Assembly: GCF_006345805.1 (NCBI RefSeq) | Contig: NW_021828147.1 | Span: forward strand, 1-9,036 | Reading direction: 5' to 3' | Length of the DNA: 9,036 bases | From: Octopus sinensis | Lineage: Eukaryota | Part shown: positions 7,593 through 9,036 of the stretch, one piece after another | Numbering within the stretch: the stretch's first letter is position 1 | How the letters are laid out: every line of letters starts with the position of its first letter | The notes under the pieces: generated by a model | Database searches by the model: none | The model's input: the letters and a program-made list of their open reading frames with translations, nothing else | Told to the model about the DNA's origin: nothing | Made by a program: the position numbers and the translations under genes

Positions 7593-8090
7593 TGTGTATA
7601 CATGTGTGTGTGTATGTATGTGTATGTGTGTATAGAACGTATGAAGGTATGTGTCTGTGTATGTATGTATGTATGTATGTATGTATGTATGCATGTATGT
7701 ATGTATGTATGTGTGTATATGTGTTTGTGTGTATGTATGTGTGAATGTGTGTATGTATGATTGTATGTGTATGTATGTGCGTGTGTATGTGTGTATGTAT
7801 ATATGTGTTTTGTATATGCATGCATGTGTGTTTGTGTGTATCTATGTATGTATGCATATTTGTATGTGTGTATGTGTTTGTATATATACATGTATGTGTG
7901 TATGTATGTGTGTGTATGTACGTGTATGTATGTATGCGTGTGTGTATATATGCATGTCTGTGTGTGTATGTATGTGTGTGTATGTATATATGCTTGCATA
8001 TGTGTGTATTTATGTATGTATAAGATTTTTTGAGCTTTATAAAAAAAAGAAAAATATATGTATGCATGTGCATGTGTGTGGGTGTGTGTG
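7593..8090. repeat. Degenerate (TATG)n/(TG)n microsatellite with an A/T-rich interruption at about 8021-8055
   Basis: Directly visible. Confidence 0.97.
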
Positions 8091-8187
8091 TTTTGTCGGC
8101 TCGGTGCCATAGTAGAAGAGACTCGGGTAAGGTGTCACACAATGGGACTGAACCCAAAACATAGGATTGGAAATCCACGCCTGCGTC
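8091..8187 (-). mobile_element. Truncated SINE family A head with an internal deletion through the A-box
   Basis: The minus strand reads GACGCAGGCGTGG..TTTCCAATCCTATGTTTTGGGTTCAGTCCCATTGTGTGACACCTT..TCTTCTACTATGG..GCCGACAAAA. B-box GGTTCAGTCCC is intact, and about 20 nt of the A-box region present in the 2673 copy is missing. Confidence 0.85.
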
Positions 8188-8343
8188 TGTATAAGCATCC
8201 ACCTTCTTCCTTGCTGGTCGTGTGAAGACAGGATCACTTGCGTCAGCCAGGGTTAGAAAAGGACCTGCTTCTGAATGAAATAAATTAGCTGTTTACCTTT
8301 GGTTTCAGAGAAAGCAACAGGGTTACCTTTGAAACCAGGGATA

Positions 8344-8513
8344 GGCAACTTTAGTCGAAAAAATCGACACCAGTACTCATTCTTTGTAAGCCTAGTACTT
8401 ATTATATCGGTCTCTTTTGCCGAACCGCTTAGTTACGGGAACGTAAACATACCAGCATCAGTTGTCAAGCGATGCTGGAGGACAAACACAGACACACAAA
8501 TATATACACACAC
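8344..8513 (-). mobile_element. 3' module of SINE family A (the part downstream of the internal microsatellite)
   Basis: Its start matches the remnant at 1405-1436 that follows the 1158 copy and its TA tract. It shares two blocks with the family B central domain (8353-8378 vs 5511-5536, 19/26; 8395-8409 vs 5542-5556, 13/15). Confidence 0.8.
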
Positions 8514-8575
8514 GTCTGAAAGACAGGTCAATTCCTCTCCGATATTTTGTAAATTCTTAAATATATCTCCTTCTA

Positions 8576-8681
8576 TGTGTGTGTGTGTGTGTAATATATA
8601 ATATATAATATATATATATATATATATATAGATAGATAGATATTAGATAGATCGATAGATATATAGATAGATAGATAGATA
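8576..8681. repeat. Compound microsatellite (TG)n(TA)n(TAGA)n
   Basis: Directly visible. Confidence 0.97.
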
Positions 8682-8924
8682 CCCCAAAAAAACATGATTT
8701 TTATTGAACTCATAATACTTTTTGTTGAGTACTTTCTTAAATAGTTTCTTGTAAACAGTTTTTAACATTTTCTTATTATTATCAAAGAATGTATAACTGT
8801 ATTTTAATACTTTTCGGAAAACCAGTACTTAACACAACAAAGCTCAAACAAAGCTTTATATTTTACTTTTGACAATCTTTTTCTAAAAAAGTGAAACCGG
8901 TCAACTCAATAAACATCTGTAAAA

Positions 8925-8974
8925 TTGTGAGTGGATTTGGTAAACGGAAACTGAAAGAAACCCGTTGTATATGT
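8925..8974 (+). mobile_element. Short internal fragment of SINE family A
   Basis: TTGTGAGTGGATTTGGTAAACGGAAACTGAAAGAAACCCGT matches 1269-1307 and the reverse complement of 2512-2552. Confidence 0.88.
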
Positions 8975-9036
8975 AACGAAGATGTGCATGTGTCAATGTA
9001 AAAGTGTCAATTCAATGAATTGACACCTTTATATCT

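Noticed and set aside
7507-8202. Longest ORF (231 aa, minus strand)
   Set aside because: It starts at GTG, runs through a SINE head and then about 500 bp of CA/TACA repeat, so it is not a credible CDS. Only the upstream acceptor is kept as a weak finding.
8292-8338. TTACCTTTG direct repeat at 30-bp spacing and a TGGTTTCA/TGAAACCA stem; possible 26- or 56-nt minus-strand introns
   Set aside because: The matches are short enough to be chance, and the implied introns are implausibly short without transcript evidence.

Overview
AT-rich eukaryotic non-coding DNA (intron or intergenic). No intact protein-coding gene, RNA gene or CRISPR array can be supported. About one third of the window is compound microsatellite, which accounts for nearly all ORFs in the supplied track. 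The interspersed repeats look like those of an octopus genome (inference from remembered repeat families, not checked). They comprise at least two tRNA-derived SINE families (family A, CORE-like, 5 pieces; family B, 4 pieces) and two unrelated mariner-derived MITEs, each keeping the last codons of a transposase. The most interesting unexplained structure is a hidden, highly degenerate tandem array of about 180-190 bp units. It is clear from about 5269 to 6263 and probably extends from about 4895 to 6640. A mariner MITE and a SINE have inserted at the same homologous position of two consecutive units. The array shows a weak hint of former minus-strand coding of a roughly 60-aa repeat. All alignments were done by eye.
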